A stretch of DNA of 64,000 nt from Halobacteriovoraceae bacterium. GTDB lineage: Bacteria > Bdellovibrionota > Bacteriovoracia > Bacteriovoracales > Bacteriovoracaceae. The stretch covers positions 224,001 to 288,000 of the forward strand of contig CAVRCF010000005.1 in the NCBI GenBank assembly GCA_963719505.1, in the 5' to 3' direction. A program made the position numbers and the translations under genes. Positions 39,176 through 48,639 of the stretch are shown piece by piece. Every line of letters starts with the position of its first letter. Position 1 is the first letter of the stretch. The notes under the pieces were generated by a model. It saw nothing but the letters and a program-made list of their open reading frames with translations, was not told the origin of the DNA and did no database searches.

Positions 39176-41656
39176 ATGAAACTAGTCATTGTTTTATTTT
39201 TATCATTATTTTCACTTTTGGCTCTCAGCCAATCTTCAAAATATAAAAGCCCATCTTACAAGAGCGAAATGATAAAAAAATATAAGAAAAAAAATATGAT
39301 GAAGTATAGTGGTCAAAAGACCCGTGCTTCTAATAAAAAAGCAAAAAAATTTGATGACATGACTATGCTTAAAAGAGGAAAGAAAATTAGTCACTATATT
39401 TATGCTGATCAGTCTAGATTTGTTAAAAGAACATATCTAGAGGAGAAGAAGAGTTTTCTAAAGAAGTTAGTGAATAAACTGTTCGGCAAGATTCAAGTTA
39501 CTGAACTTGAATCAAGTAACGAAAATGAATTAAAATTGAGGCTTGATAGCAAGAAGGATAGGTACCTGGTAAGAAAGATATACTACAAACTTGGAGGTAT
39601 ATTTTCCCAGACATACACCGTTGAGACTATTGTAGAGGGGGAGGATATAGTTGCTGTAATTGATATTTCTTCTCTTCCTGTAGGTGAGTATAAAGCTTAT
39701 TTCAAATTTATTTATGAAAAAAATGAGAAAAATAAAAAGAGTAAGAAAAAATCAAAACTTTACTCAACTTACGGTTATGGAGTTTTTGAGAAAAAAGAAA
39801 AATTAATAAATATCCTTGCAGACATACAGGTTCAACATGATCAAAGCCGTGGCTTTGTTAGTGTTGATGCATCAGGATCGACTTCCGACGCAGGGGACAT
39901 TGTAAGCTTCACTTATATATCACTAAAAGACGGTCTTGAAATAAACAGATTTACCTCTGAATACTCTGGTGAAAATGTCGCTTTTCAAGAATCTGGAACA
40001 TTCGAAATTCAAGTTGAAATTGAAGATAGTGCCGGCAATAAGTCTTTGAGTGAGAAGCGTGTCGTTCAAATAAGTAATGCAACACCGATAACGCTCTTTA
40101 ACGTCACTCAAGTGGAAGGTTTTAATGGACATTTTCTCATTGATGCAAGTGCTAGTTCTGACTTTGAAGATGGTAAGGCATCGCTATTTAGATATGTTTT
40201 GTATTCTTTTAGTCCAGAAAATGGAGTTGAGATATTCATTGACCACTATACAACTGAGGACAATTATACAATTGCTGTTCCTGAGGCTAATAAAGACTAT
40301 AGATTAACAGTAAGAGCTTTTGACTCCACAGACCAATTTGCTCTCGGAGACGTTGTGGATATTAGATTCGATGGTGACAGAATATCACCAAAACTGGTTG
40401 ACTACTATCTCGCCACAGATGAAAATTTCTCAAACATTAAATATTTTGGAGCATTCTTCAATTCAAGTAAACCAATAACACAGTTTGTATATTCAGTAAC
40501 TCATGAAGATGGAGAATCATTAGCGCTATTCCAAGACTCATCTGTAAGAGATAGTGGGGTAGAACTTACTAAACCAGGACTTTGGACATATGAATTCTAT
40601 GGTATCGACGAAGATGGAAACAAATCGGATGTTTTAAAAATAACTGAAGAGAATACTTGGACAAAAGAGGGCTTTACCCCTGTCGCAATCTTCAACGCCA
40701 TTGATATCAGTGGTCACGATCCAAGAATTCAATATATCTACACTGGATTCGAAGATAAGTTTGGTGAGGTTGTTAGCTATAGCTATACAAAAGCCGAGCA
40801 TGAGGATGGTACACAAATTCAAGCCCTAAATGTTGATTTTAGCGATATAGCAAAAGAATTTAGATTTCCAAAGAAAGGAACTTATAATTTCACAGTTGTA
40901 GCGGCCGACAATGACGGAAATACTTCGGAGCCTTATAGCTTTTCACACTTTATTGACTGGGGAGATTTCGTTCCGACAGCTGCAATAAGCTATGAGAGAG
41001 ACTCCGAGGATCTTTTTTTGATAAGAGTTAGTTCTGATAGCTCAGAGCCATCGTTTGATATAACTCATCAATTTAGAGCTATCCATACTGATGGTTCGAC
41101 TTTATCATTCGATTACATCGATAGTGTTCAGAATATTAGTCTCTCGAAAAGTGGAGAATGGACGATTACTTATAATATCAAAGATCAGTTCAATAAAGAA
41201 TCAGAGCCATTTGTATTCTCTTTTGTTGTTTTTCAAACACTCCCCGATGGTGAAGTTATACCAGTTGATCCAGGTGAGGAAGGTAAGCGAACAATTGCTG
41301 GTATTGATGCTGATAACGATGGTGTTAGGGATGATCTTGAAGTATTTTTACAAACAAGAAATCTCGATCTCAATAAGCGCAATACCTTATTAGAGTATAT
41401 CAAGAAAATGCAAAATGGATTAGAGGGTAGCGATGAAGAATTAGTAACAAGTGGTTACGAGGTTATTGATTATCGATACTGCTTGAAGAGCAGGTTTGAT
41501 GAAGAAGAACTTTCAAACTTAGAAAAGAAGCTTAAAGTAAAAATGTATAACTCTAGAGATAGGCTTCACGCATGGGCAAGAAGCCAAGTCGCTTTCTCAG
41601 GTCAAGTTTTTGCGATAGAAACAAACAAGGATAAATATAGTGAATATTGTAATTAA
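39176..41656 (+). CDS. Secreted PKD/Ig-like repeat protein with C-terminal DxDxDG domain
   Basis: Signal peptide, Lys-rich N-terminus, DAS.S and HEDG..GxW repeats, PVDPG..TIAGIDADNDGVRDD. Confidence 0.75.
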   Translation: MKLVIVLFLSLFSLLALSQSSKYKSPSYKSEMIKKYKKKNMMKYSGQKTRASNKKAKKFDDMTMLKRGKKISHYIYADQSRFVKRTYLEEKKSFLKKLVNKLFGKIQVTELESSNENELKLRLDSKKDRYLVRKIYYKLGGIFSQTYTVETIVEGEDIVAVIDISSLPVGEYKAYFKFIYEKNEKNKKSKKKSKLYSTYGYGVFEKKEKLINILADIQVQHDQSRGFVSVDASGSTSDAGDIVSFTYISLKDGLEINRFTSEYSGENVAFQESGTFEIQVEIEDSAGNKSLSEKRVVQISNATPITLFNVTQVEGFNGHFLIDASASSDFEDGKASLFRYVLYSFSPENGVEIFIDHYTTEDNYTIAVPEANKDYRLTVRAFDSTDQFALGDVVDIRFDGDRISPKLVDYYLATDENFSNIKYFGAFFNSSKPITQFVYSVTHEDGESLALFQDSSVRDSGVELTKPGLWTYEFYGIDEDGNKSDVLKITEENTWTKEGFTPVAIFNAIDISGHDPRIQYIYTGFEDKFGEVVSYSYTKAEHEDGTQIQALNVDFSDIAKEFRFPKKGTYNFTVVAADNDGNTSEPYSFSHFIDWGDFVPTAAISYERDSEDLFLIRVSSDSSEPSFDITHQFRAIHTDGSTLSFDYIDSVQNISLSKSGEWTITYNIKDQFNKESEPFVFSFVVFQTLPDGEVIPVDPGEEGKRTIAGIDADNDGVRDDLEVFLQTRNLDLNKRNTLLEYIKKMQNGLEGSDEELVTSGYEVIDYRYCLKSRFDEEELSNLEKKLKVKMYNSRDRLHAWARSQVAFSGQVFAIETNKDKYSEYCN

Positions 41657-42149
41657 GTTACTGACATTAATAACGTTCGTTTCATGTACTCAAGAGAGAC
41701 TAATCGTTGATGGTGCTCTTGAACCACCTGCTCCTGGATTTTTCGAGAAGGATGCTACATTGTTAGGAGTTGACTCAAATGAGAATGGAATACGAGACGA
41801 TGTAGAAAGATTTATAAATAGAGAATATAAAACGGCAAACTTTCGGAACGCAGCAAGGCAATACGCTTTTGCTGCTCAAAAAATTATGCGACAAGGTTTA
41901 AGCCAAAAAAGAAAAAGAGAATTCGTGCAAGAGTTAATGCTAGGTACAAGATGCTTTAGAGCATTTACTTATAAAATAGAGGCTAGTGAGTATAGTAAGT
42001 CTTTAGTCGAAAATGTATTTAATACATCGGATCGAGACAGCAAGTACAAGGATGCAACTAAAACTTTAAATGGATCATTGCTTCGATATTATCATACTTA
42101 TGAAGACAGAGTAAAAGGTTGTAACTTCGATGTTACTGAGGAGATTTAA
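41640..42149 (+). CDS. Lipoprotein with P-x-P..TLLGVDSNENGIRDD domain
   Basis: GTG start, lipobox FVSC, paralogous to C-terminus of upstream protein. Confidence 0.75.
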   Translation: MNIVIKLLTLITFVSCTQERLIVDGALEPPAPGFFEKDATLLGVDSNENGIRDDVERFINREYKTANFRNAARQYAFAAQKIMRQGLSQKRKREFVQELMLGTRCFRAFTYKIEASEYSKSLVENVFNTSDRDSKYKDATKTLNGSLLRYYHTYEDRVKGCNFDVTEEI

Positions 42150-44396
42150 TTGAATAAATTAATAATTTTAATGTCATTTGTATTTATTATTCCTTTCAAT
42201 GGCTACTCAGCAGTTTGCGAAGATGACGAAGTGATGTCATTTATATACCTTAACGGTATTATGAACAGTACTGAACAGTCGCAAGCCAACGCCGATAGAG
42301 TTTTTAGAACAGCTATAGAAGGTAACTTTAGCAAGAAACTTTATGGTGAGGACGGTATGAAGTTTTGCCCACAGGTAGCTTATAATCAGAAAGACGGTCT
42401 TTTGCTAGATCTAATTGAAACATTTGCTCAGAAGTATAGAGAAAGATCCCCTGAAACCTTTAGTTATGAGATGGTAGCGAAATGGATTTTCGATAAAAAA
42501 GATTTTATAGAGACTTTTTTGCCACGCTTGCCGGGTTCTGATCCTAATTCTAATAACTTTGATCCCAATTTAATCTCAAGTTATGAATCTTTAACTGAAG
42601 ACTTAATAGCTGATTTTGTCAGAAAAGGGGCATCAAGAGAAAGTACGACTAATTTAAAAATTTCAAATAAATTAGATCAAATAATTATAGATGAAAAAAA
42701 AAGGACTGTCTTAATTAGTCATTCTCAAGGAAATTTATTTGCTAATGATTATTATCAAGAGTTTGCTTCCGATGAAGCCAATATACCTTTTTTAAAAAGA
42801 TTGGCGAATCTTCAAGTTGGTAGTGCGGCGGCTACAGTTGCTGCCAAAACAAAAAGCTTTGGTGACCACATGACTGGCAAGCAAGATAATATTATAGGAG
42901 CTTTAGAGACTCTTGGTTTTGCAATTAATCCACCTAATATTGAATATGATCGAGTTTCAATTATAAACAAAGGGAGGGGAACGGGACTATTCGAAAACAT
43001 ACCTGTGCTTTCTATTTTTGGTTCTATAATTAGGAACTCACCTGACTTAGTCCAGGGTCATAGTTTTTTAAATATATATACAGCCAAAGACGTTAATGGA
43101 AAACTTGATGGTGAAGATAACTACAGATCAATGGCGTCTATCTTTTCTGATAAGTTTGAAGCTTTAGCTAGAAAGATAGCACCTCCTAAATTAGTTATTG
43201 AGCCTATTGAACAAATCAATAATAATGGAACTCTTGCGCAAAGATTAAAAATTGTTTTTGCACCAGATGAGAATAGGGCTGGTGAACTTATTGATCTTTC
43301 AAAATTGACTACCTTTCAAGTCGATAACGGGAGCGGAATTTATGAAGAAGCCGAGCCATTTAATTTAGGAGCAATTGATTTAAATGTTAATAATCGTGAC
43401 GTTCTTAGGCTAAAATTCGAATACGATTTTGATATGTATGAGCTTGAATATGATTTTATGAATGTTGTAAATCCAATTGAAAATGTTGAGGTTTTTAACG
43501 ACAGTGTTTTGAATATGACAGTTGGCATAACTTTTAACTCTCTCGGCGCCGGACTCGATTTTATTTATCAAGACTTTGACAATGGCGGGCAAGAGGTTAG
43601 GTATACTCTTAGTGGTAACGGTTACCAAGAAATTGTTGTAAAGAAGTCATTTAACGCTCAAGTTTTTGTTCTCGAGGAAGAGCCAGTATTTATAGATGCT
43701 TCCTTAAAATTGGAAGACACTATCACAAATGTTGAATACTTATCTAATACATCATCATCTATGCGGATTAGAGTTCATCATAGGGAGCTCTCTAGTGGTT
43801 TCCCACTAATAGGATCAGTTGATGAAGGAACCAAGTTGGGCGTAGGTCTTTTTACCGATATTACGGTTAAGACAGAAGGAGAGGGAAGTATTTATATACC
43901 AGGAGGTAGAGAGTGGGACACTTCTCTTCCAGAGGACAGAGAATATACTTTTGATGGCAAATTTATAGAAGATCTGAAGGGAATTATAACAAATAATGAT
44001 AGTCAAAGATTGGTTCAAACTAGCTTTGAGGGAAATTGGACATTTAGTTATATTCCATACTCAGAATCCGGTGCATCTAATGAACCAGTTGTGTTAAACT
44101 ATATTGCTCCATCAACTGGCTCTCTCAATTATCTCCTCGGAGGTTGTTCGTTATCAACAGTTGATGTGCCAGCAGACGACCCTGATGACGCTCCTGTAAA
44201 AGAGATTCATTTTTTTGCACAAAACGAATATCTTTTATCAAATGCTAATTCTGGCCGCGTAAGTAGCTGTGCAGATGTTAACTTGGATGCAGATGTATAC
44301 ATAGTTTACAAGTCAAATGGGAAAGAGATTAGAAGAAGAAAACTACCAATATACTTTGCGACATATAGCTCCGATGTCCTTGTTGAAGGCCAGTAA
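42150..44396 (+). CDS. Secreted alpha/beta-hydrolase (lipase-like) with beta-rich C-terminus
   Basis: TTG start; YLNGI, SHSQG, QDNII, GHSF. Confidence 0.68.
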   Translation: MNKLIILMSFVFIIPFNGYSAVCEDDEVMSFIYLNGIMNSTEQSQANADRVFRTAIEGNFSKKLYGEDGMKFCPQVAYNQKDGLLLDLIETFAQKYRERSPETFSYEMVAKWIFDKKDFIETFLPRLPGSDPNSNNFDPNLISSYESLTEDLIADFVRKGASRESTTNLKISNKLDQIIIDEKKRTVLISHSQGNLFANDYYQEFASDEANIPFLKRLANLQVGSAAATVAAKTKSFGDHMTGKQDNIIGALETLGFAINPPNIEYDRVSIINKGRGTGLFENIPVLSIFGSIIRNSPDLVQGHSFLNIYTAKDVNGKLDGEDNYRSMASIFSDKFEALARKIAPPKLVIEPIEQINNNGTLAQRLKIVFAPDENRAGELIDLSKLTTFQVDNGSGIYEEAEPFNLGAIDLNVNNRDVLRLKFEYDFDMYELEYDFMNVVNPIENVEVFNDSVLNMTVGITFNSLGAGLDFIYQDFDNGGQEVRYTLSGNGYQEIVVKKSFNAQVFVLEEEPVFIDASLKLEDTITNVEYLSNTSSSMRIRVHHRELSSGFPLIGSVDEGTKLGVGLFTDITVKTEGEGSIYIPGGREWDTSLPEDREYTFDGKFIEDLKGIITNNDSQRLVQTSFEGNWTFSYIPYSESGASNEPVVLNYIAPSTGSLNYLLGGCSLSTVDVPADDPDDAPVKEIHFFAQNEYLLSNANSGRVSSCADVNLDADVYIVYKSNGKEIRRRKLPIYFATYSSDVLVEGQ

Positions 44397-44431
44397 GTTA
44401 AAAAAATACACACAAAAGCTAGAACTTAAAA

Positions 44432-45668
44432 TGCAGTAGTCACGACTTGCGTTTACAAAACGCTCTCAGTCAAAGCTAATTTTTATTGTACAGAGATCTC
44501 ATCACCTGTACTTTTGTTATCGTAAACCATCTCTCCATACTTTAGAACTCCTTCGGTAAAAGTTTCATAAGGAGTTCTCCCTTTGCACCTCTTTCCTTGA
44601 TTCGTTCTTTCAAAGTTATAGATCTTCATGAAATCGTCTAAGTCTTTCTGCATTTGATCTAGGCTTTTATAGAGGGTCTTTCTAAAAGCAACACTATAAA
44701 ATTCAGCCTGAATCGTTTGATTCAGCTTCTCTACGGCTCCATTTGTTTGGGGATGTCTCACCTTGGTTCTACTGTGTTCAATATCGTTAAGGTGAAGAAA
44801 AAGCTGATAGTGGTGTTGTGTTTTTACTCCACAGTACTCTCGACCGTTGTCTGTTAAAACTCTCACAACTGAGATCGCATGCTCATCAAAGAATGGAAGA
44901 ACTTTACTGTTAAGAAAGTCCGCTGCGACTGTTTGGGTTTTATCAAGATAGAGTTTTGCAAAGCCGACATTTGAATAAGTATCGATTCCCGTTTGCTGAT
45001 AAATTTTTCCAACACCTTTGATGTACCCTACGTAGTAGGTGTCTTGAGCAAAAAGGAACCCACTGTGGTGTGTTTCAATTTCTCCATGTGCCTCTTTCTC
45101 GAGCTTTTGATCTTCTAATGCTTTAACTTGAGATTCTGTCAAAATGTTCTTCTCGTTTTTAGACCACTCTTCAAGTCTTTTAAGGCGGAGTTTTTTGTTC
45201 TCGATTTGATGACGAAGCCATACACTTCTCACGCCACCTGGACTAATCAAGATACCGGCTCTTTTAAGCTCGTTAGAAACTCTTACTTGTCCATGAGTAG
45301 GATTTTCTAGGGCATAGTCTAGGATCGATTTCTCTGTTTCTGGGGCACAGCGATTGGCCATTCTCGGGCCTCGTCTAGTCTTCTGAGTAAGTCCTTCAAG
45401 GCCTTCTTCTTTAATCGCTGTTTTAATGTCGTAGTAATGTTGTCTGCTCACACCCATTTGTTTGCAAGCTTTTGAAATGTTCATCATCGTGTCAGCAAAG
45501 TCTACTATGCTAAGTTTCCGATTAATGAGATACTGTTGTTGAGTCATGTGTTTCTCCTTTTTGTTAAAACTGTTTTGTAGTAATTACAATTTTAACTGAG
45601 AACGCATGACTCAAAAATTACCGGCAATCTTTAGTCAAGTGTTGTAAATGCAACTCGTGTTACTTCCA
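44432..45668 (-). mobile_element. IS481 family insertion sequence
   Basis: 26-bp imperfect terminal IRs (44432-44457, 45643-45668); CTTAAAA duplicated at 44425-44431 and 45669-45675. Confidence 0.88.
44483..45547 (-). CDS. IS481 family transposase
   Basis: HTH N-terminus; QDT, TDNGREY, PQTNG.VE (DDE), YN.ER, GRTP. Confidence 0.95.
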   Translation of the reverse strand: MTQQQYLINRKLSIVDFADTMMNISKACKQMGVSRQHYYDIKTAIKEEGLEGLTQKTRRGPRMANRCAPETEKSILDYALENPTHGQVRVSNELKRAGILISPGGVRSVWLRHQIENKKLRLKRLEEWSKNEKNILTESQVKALEDQKLEKEAHGEIETHHSGFLFAQDTYYVGYIKGVGKIYQQTGIDTYSNVGFAKLYLDKTQTVAADFLNSKVLPFFDEHAISVVRVLTDNGREYCGVKTQHHYQLFLHLNDIEHSRTKVRHPQTNGAVEKLNQTIQAEFYSVAFRKTLYKSLDQMQKDLDDFMKIYNFERTNQGKRCKGRTPYETFTEGVLKYGEMVYDNKSTGDEISVQ

Positions 45669-45780
45669 CTTAAAATCTTAAACGGAAAATGAACTTTTTA
45701 AGTTCTAGCTCTTTAATAAACTATCAAAATAAAACTTTTATTATCCCTTTAGTTTAAAGACGAGACTGAAAACTAAGTAA

Positions 45781-46767
45781 TTACCATCTAAAGTAGTATT
45801 TATTAAATTCTCTCATGTGAATTTTTATTTTATGCAGAAAATACTCTAAAGAGAATGAGTGTTTTTCATCTAGCTGTACATTCTTTTCGTATTTGTTCTC
45901 AATTTCTTTTCTAGTAGGCAAAAATTTGCATCTATCATTATATGATTTTTTTTCAAGTAAGGAACATACTCTTCCATTCTTATTGTTACTATCATTATTG
46001 AATTGTAGGTAGTTTTGTGTCAGATAAGGTTGATCGGCATTAACAATTTCCCACCCTTCCTTTCTTATAGATTTTATCAAGTCTCCTAAGAATATTGCTG
46101 TAGTATCGTTTTCATGAATTAAAAGAACTTGGTTAATATCACTTTGTTTTATATTTTTCGAAACTCTATCAATCTCCTTCATTTTTGAAATTATATCTGA
46201 GATGTAAAGTTTTTTTAATTCGTTAAAATCTATTTCATTTCCTAGGTGCAAATCCTCTTGAACTAATTCATCTAAAAACCAATCATTACTTACTACTGTC
46301 ACATAACTGTCAATGATATTACTTTTATTTAAGTATGTTATAAATCTAGATGTAGACTGTTTTGATTTTCCTCTATCTAAATAAGGAAAACGAAAATATT
46401 GACTCTGGATATTAAGTTCCTTCAGTATCTTATCAGCTTTTGAAATATCTAAAATAAAATCTTTTAAGTGGATTCTACTTGAAGACATGTGTGAATGGGT
46501 GTGATTTCCTATTAAGTGTCCATTTTCTATGTAGCTTTTTAAGATTGTTTTACTTTCCTTCGATTTTAATCTATTTGTAATGGTGAAAAATAGGACTTTG
46601 CCTACTTTTTGCTCATTGAGAGCATTTATTATAGTTTTGCTCCTTTGGATTGAAGTAAATATAGCTCCATCATCAGCTACTGAATCGTCTATCGTAATTG
46701 AAACTTTTTTAGCAAATGTTGAGGGTGAGAAAAGAAGTATGAATAATAATAACATCGAGTAAATCAT
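45781..46767 (-). CDS. Secreted polysaccharide deacetylase (CE4/NodB)
   Basis: ITIDD, GNHTHSH, FRFPY, DW, LIH. Confidence 0.85.
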   Translation of the reverse strand: MIYSMLLLFILLFSPSTFAKKVSITIDDSVADDGAIFTSIQRSKTIINALNEQKVGKVLFFTITNRLKSKESKTILKSYIENGHLIGNHTHSHMSSSRIHLKDFILDISKADKILKELNIQSQYFRFPYLDRGKSKQSTSRFITYLNKSNIIDSYVTVVSNDWFLDELVQEDLHLGNEIDFNELKKLYISDIISKMKEIDRVSKNIKQSDINQVLLIHENDTTAIFLGDLIKSIRKEGWEIVNADQPYLTQNYLQFNNDSNNKNGRVCSLLEKKSYNDRCKFLPTRKEIENKYEKNVQLDEKHSFSLEYFLHKIKIHMREFNKYYFRW

Positions 46768-46927
46768 AACAAAACTTTATACTATATTAGCTTAGAACTG
46801 TATAAAATGAAAATTTGCAGTTAATTAATGATAATCTATAATCAAACCAATATCTACTAAGTGATTCTTTTGTCGAGTAAAGGGGTCTAGAGTGATCCCA
46901 TTCGAATCATACATGTCATCTTCCGGG

Positions 46928-46955
46928 TCGCACGATAAGAAACATTATCGTGCGA
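46928..46955. other. Palindromic dif/Xer-like recombination site (11-6-11)
   Basis: TCGCACGATAA-GAAACA-TTATCGTGCGA, perfect 11-bp inverted arms with the ATAA-N6-TTAT core of dif sites. Confidence 0.7.
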
Positions 46956-47002
46956 TGCGTTACTATCTTTAGTTATATACTCCTATAATCACAGCTTTTG
47001 GT

Positions 47003-47632
47003 CTACTTCTCAAATATCAATGTATAATCATCTCCGCCAGCACGCATTTGATCATTAGCACTCCACATTGGCTTCGGACTTTTAAATTTCATCGTGTATT
47101 TATAGTCTCCAAGATATTCAGTAAGTTCCTTATTTGTTATTCCTGGTACATACTCAGTGCTGCGTCCATCGCTGCATGAAATAACAGCATTAAATGCATT
47201 TCGTGCTGGATTGAAACCTTCTTTTCTTGTTTTGGATTTAGTAACGACACAAATGTCTTGTATTGCCTGATTTGATTCAGGCTTAAAGACCCTCAGTGTT
47301 GGGAAATTTTCAACTAGACCTGGGAAACTTGATCTTTTATCGTCTGGGTCACCAGGCTTATATATCATCATTTCTTTGTATTTCTTACGTCCCATCAGAT
47401 TATGAAGGTTAATTTCGGCCATTTTGGTACGTCTATTAAGTAGACCAGCATTAAAGAGAACTTCAGTTTCAAAAGATTTGGTTTGGCAGACAATTTTATG
47501 GTGTATTTTACCCATAATAATCCCCTCTTCTTCAACCTTATAGCCGATACATATACTGTCTTGTAATTGTGAGGCTGAGGCAAAGCTTGATAGGCTTCCA
47601 ACGGACATTAAGGCTACTAAAAGTTTCTTCAT
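47003..47632 (-). CDS. Secreted hypothetical protein
   Basis: AGGAG RBS, signal peptide. Confidence 0.72.
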   Translation of the reverse strand: MKKLLVALMSVGSLSSFASASQLQDSICIGYKVEEEGIIMGKIHHKIVCQTKSFETEVLFNAGLLNRRTKMAEINLHNLMGRKKYKEMMIYKPGDPDDKRSSFPGLVENFPTLRVFKPESNQAIQDICVVTKSKTRKEGFNPARNAFNAVISCSDGRSTEYVPGITNKELTEYLGDYKYTMKFKSPKPMWSANDQMRAGGDDYTLIFEK

Positions 47633-47755
47633 AAGTGACACTCCTGATATTAAAAGAATAAAGTCTTTAATAGATAAAGTATCTCAATAATCAAGATTGG
47701 ATGCACGGACAAGAGTAAGTTTTACTAAGGGATGTTAGAAAACTAACACTCAAAA

Positions 47756-47995
47756 TTAATTAAAGTAAACCTCACAAATATACTGTGGAAACCCTTGCTC
47801 AGTAAATTCTGGATAACAGTCTTTTGATAAAATATTTTGATTTTTAGCTTCAAGTTCTTTAATTTTAATCTCCATAATCTCTTCTGGTTCTCCAGGAAAG
47901 CTACTGACGATCTTAAGCTTTGGAAGGTTTGAGTAATATGATGATGCTGAAAACGCCATTGTTGAAAATACGGATAAAAGAATAATTAACTTCAT
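47756..47995 (-). CDS. Small secreted hypothetical protein
   Basis: AAGGAG RBS, signal peptide. Confidence 0.68.
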   Translation of the reverse strand: MKLIILLSVFSTMAFSASSYYSNLPKLKIVSSFPGEPEEIMEIKIKELEAKNQNILSKDCYPEFTEQGFPQYICEVYFN

Positions 47996-48102
47996 AGATC
48001 TCCTTGAGGGTTATTAAGCTAAAAGGCTACACTTAAAACGTACTCATTTGAAGAGAATAAACCTTTCATCTCGACGTCGTGTGTGGTGCTAAATGACTCT
48101 TT

Positions 48103-48639
48103 TTATTTCACTTTGGGGAAGATATCGGCGATTTTACTTCCTGTAAATTTGGCGACCCAACCTTCAGGATTATTAAACATTCTTATGGCCGTAAATTCAG
48201 GATTTTCTCCCATATCAAACCAATGAGGTGTGTTTGCAGGAACTGAGATAAGGTCGTTTTTATTACACAAAATACTGTAGACAGAGTCGTTAATATGCAT
48301 CGTGAAAAGTCCTGAGCCTCGAACAAAAAACCGAACTTCATCTTCAGAATGAGTATGTTCAGAAAGAAATTTATCACGCAGCATTTTCTTGTCGGGATGA
48401 TCTGGATACATACTGACGACATCAATTGCTTTGTAGCCTTTAGTCTCGACAAGTTTATCGATTTCAACTTTATAAGCTGAAATAATATCTTCTTGATCCA
48501 TCTCTTTTGTTATTTCTTTGTCAGCAGTCCATTGTCTAAATTCAATGCCAACGGCCTTTAACTTTTTAGCAATCTCAGAGTCCGAATTTTCCGAATCTAG
48601 ATTATTTGCTTTCTCATCAAAAATCGTTAATTTACTCAT
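48103..48639 (-). CDS. mtnD: Acireductone dioxygenase
   Basis: EHTHSEDEVRFF, VPANTPHWF, GWVA. Confidence 0.93.
   Translation of the reverse strand: MSKLTIFDEKANNLDSENSDSEIAKKLKAVGIEFRQWTADKEITKEMDQEDIISAYKVEIDKLVETKGYKAIDVVSMYPDHPDKKMLRDKFLSEHTHSEDEVRFFVRGSGLFTMHINDSVYSILCNKNDLISVPANTPHWFDMGENPEFTAIRMFNNPEGWVAKFTGSKIADIFPKVK

Larger units (their letters stand above)
38736..46944. mobile_element. Putative genomic island integrated at a Xer/dif-like site
   Basis: 16-bp direct repeats, AT-rich cargo, internal IS481, no integrase. Confidence 0.62.

Noticed and set aside
46881-46912. TTCGAATC resembling a tRNA T-loop near the island end
   Set aside because: No T-stem, acceptor stem or cloverleaf can be formed.
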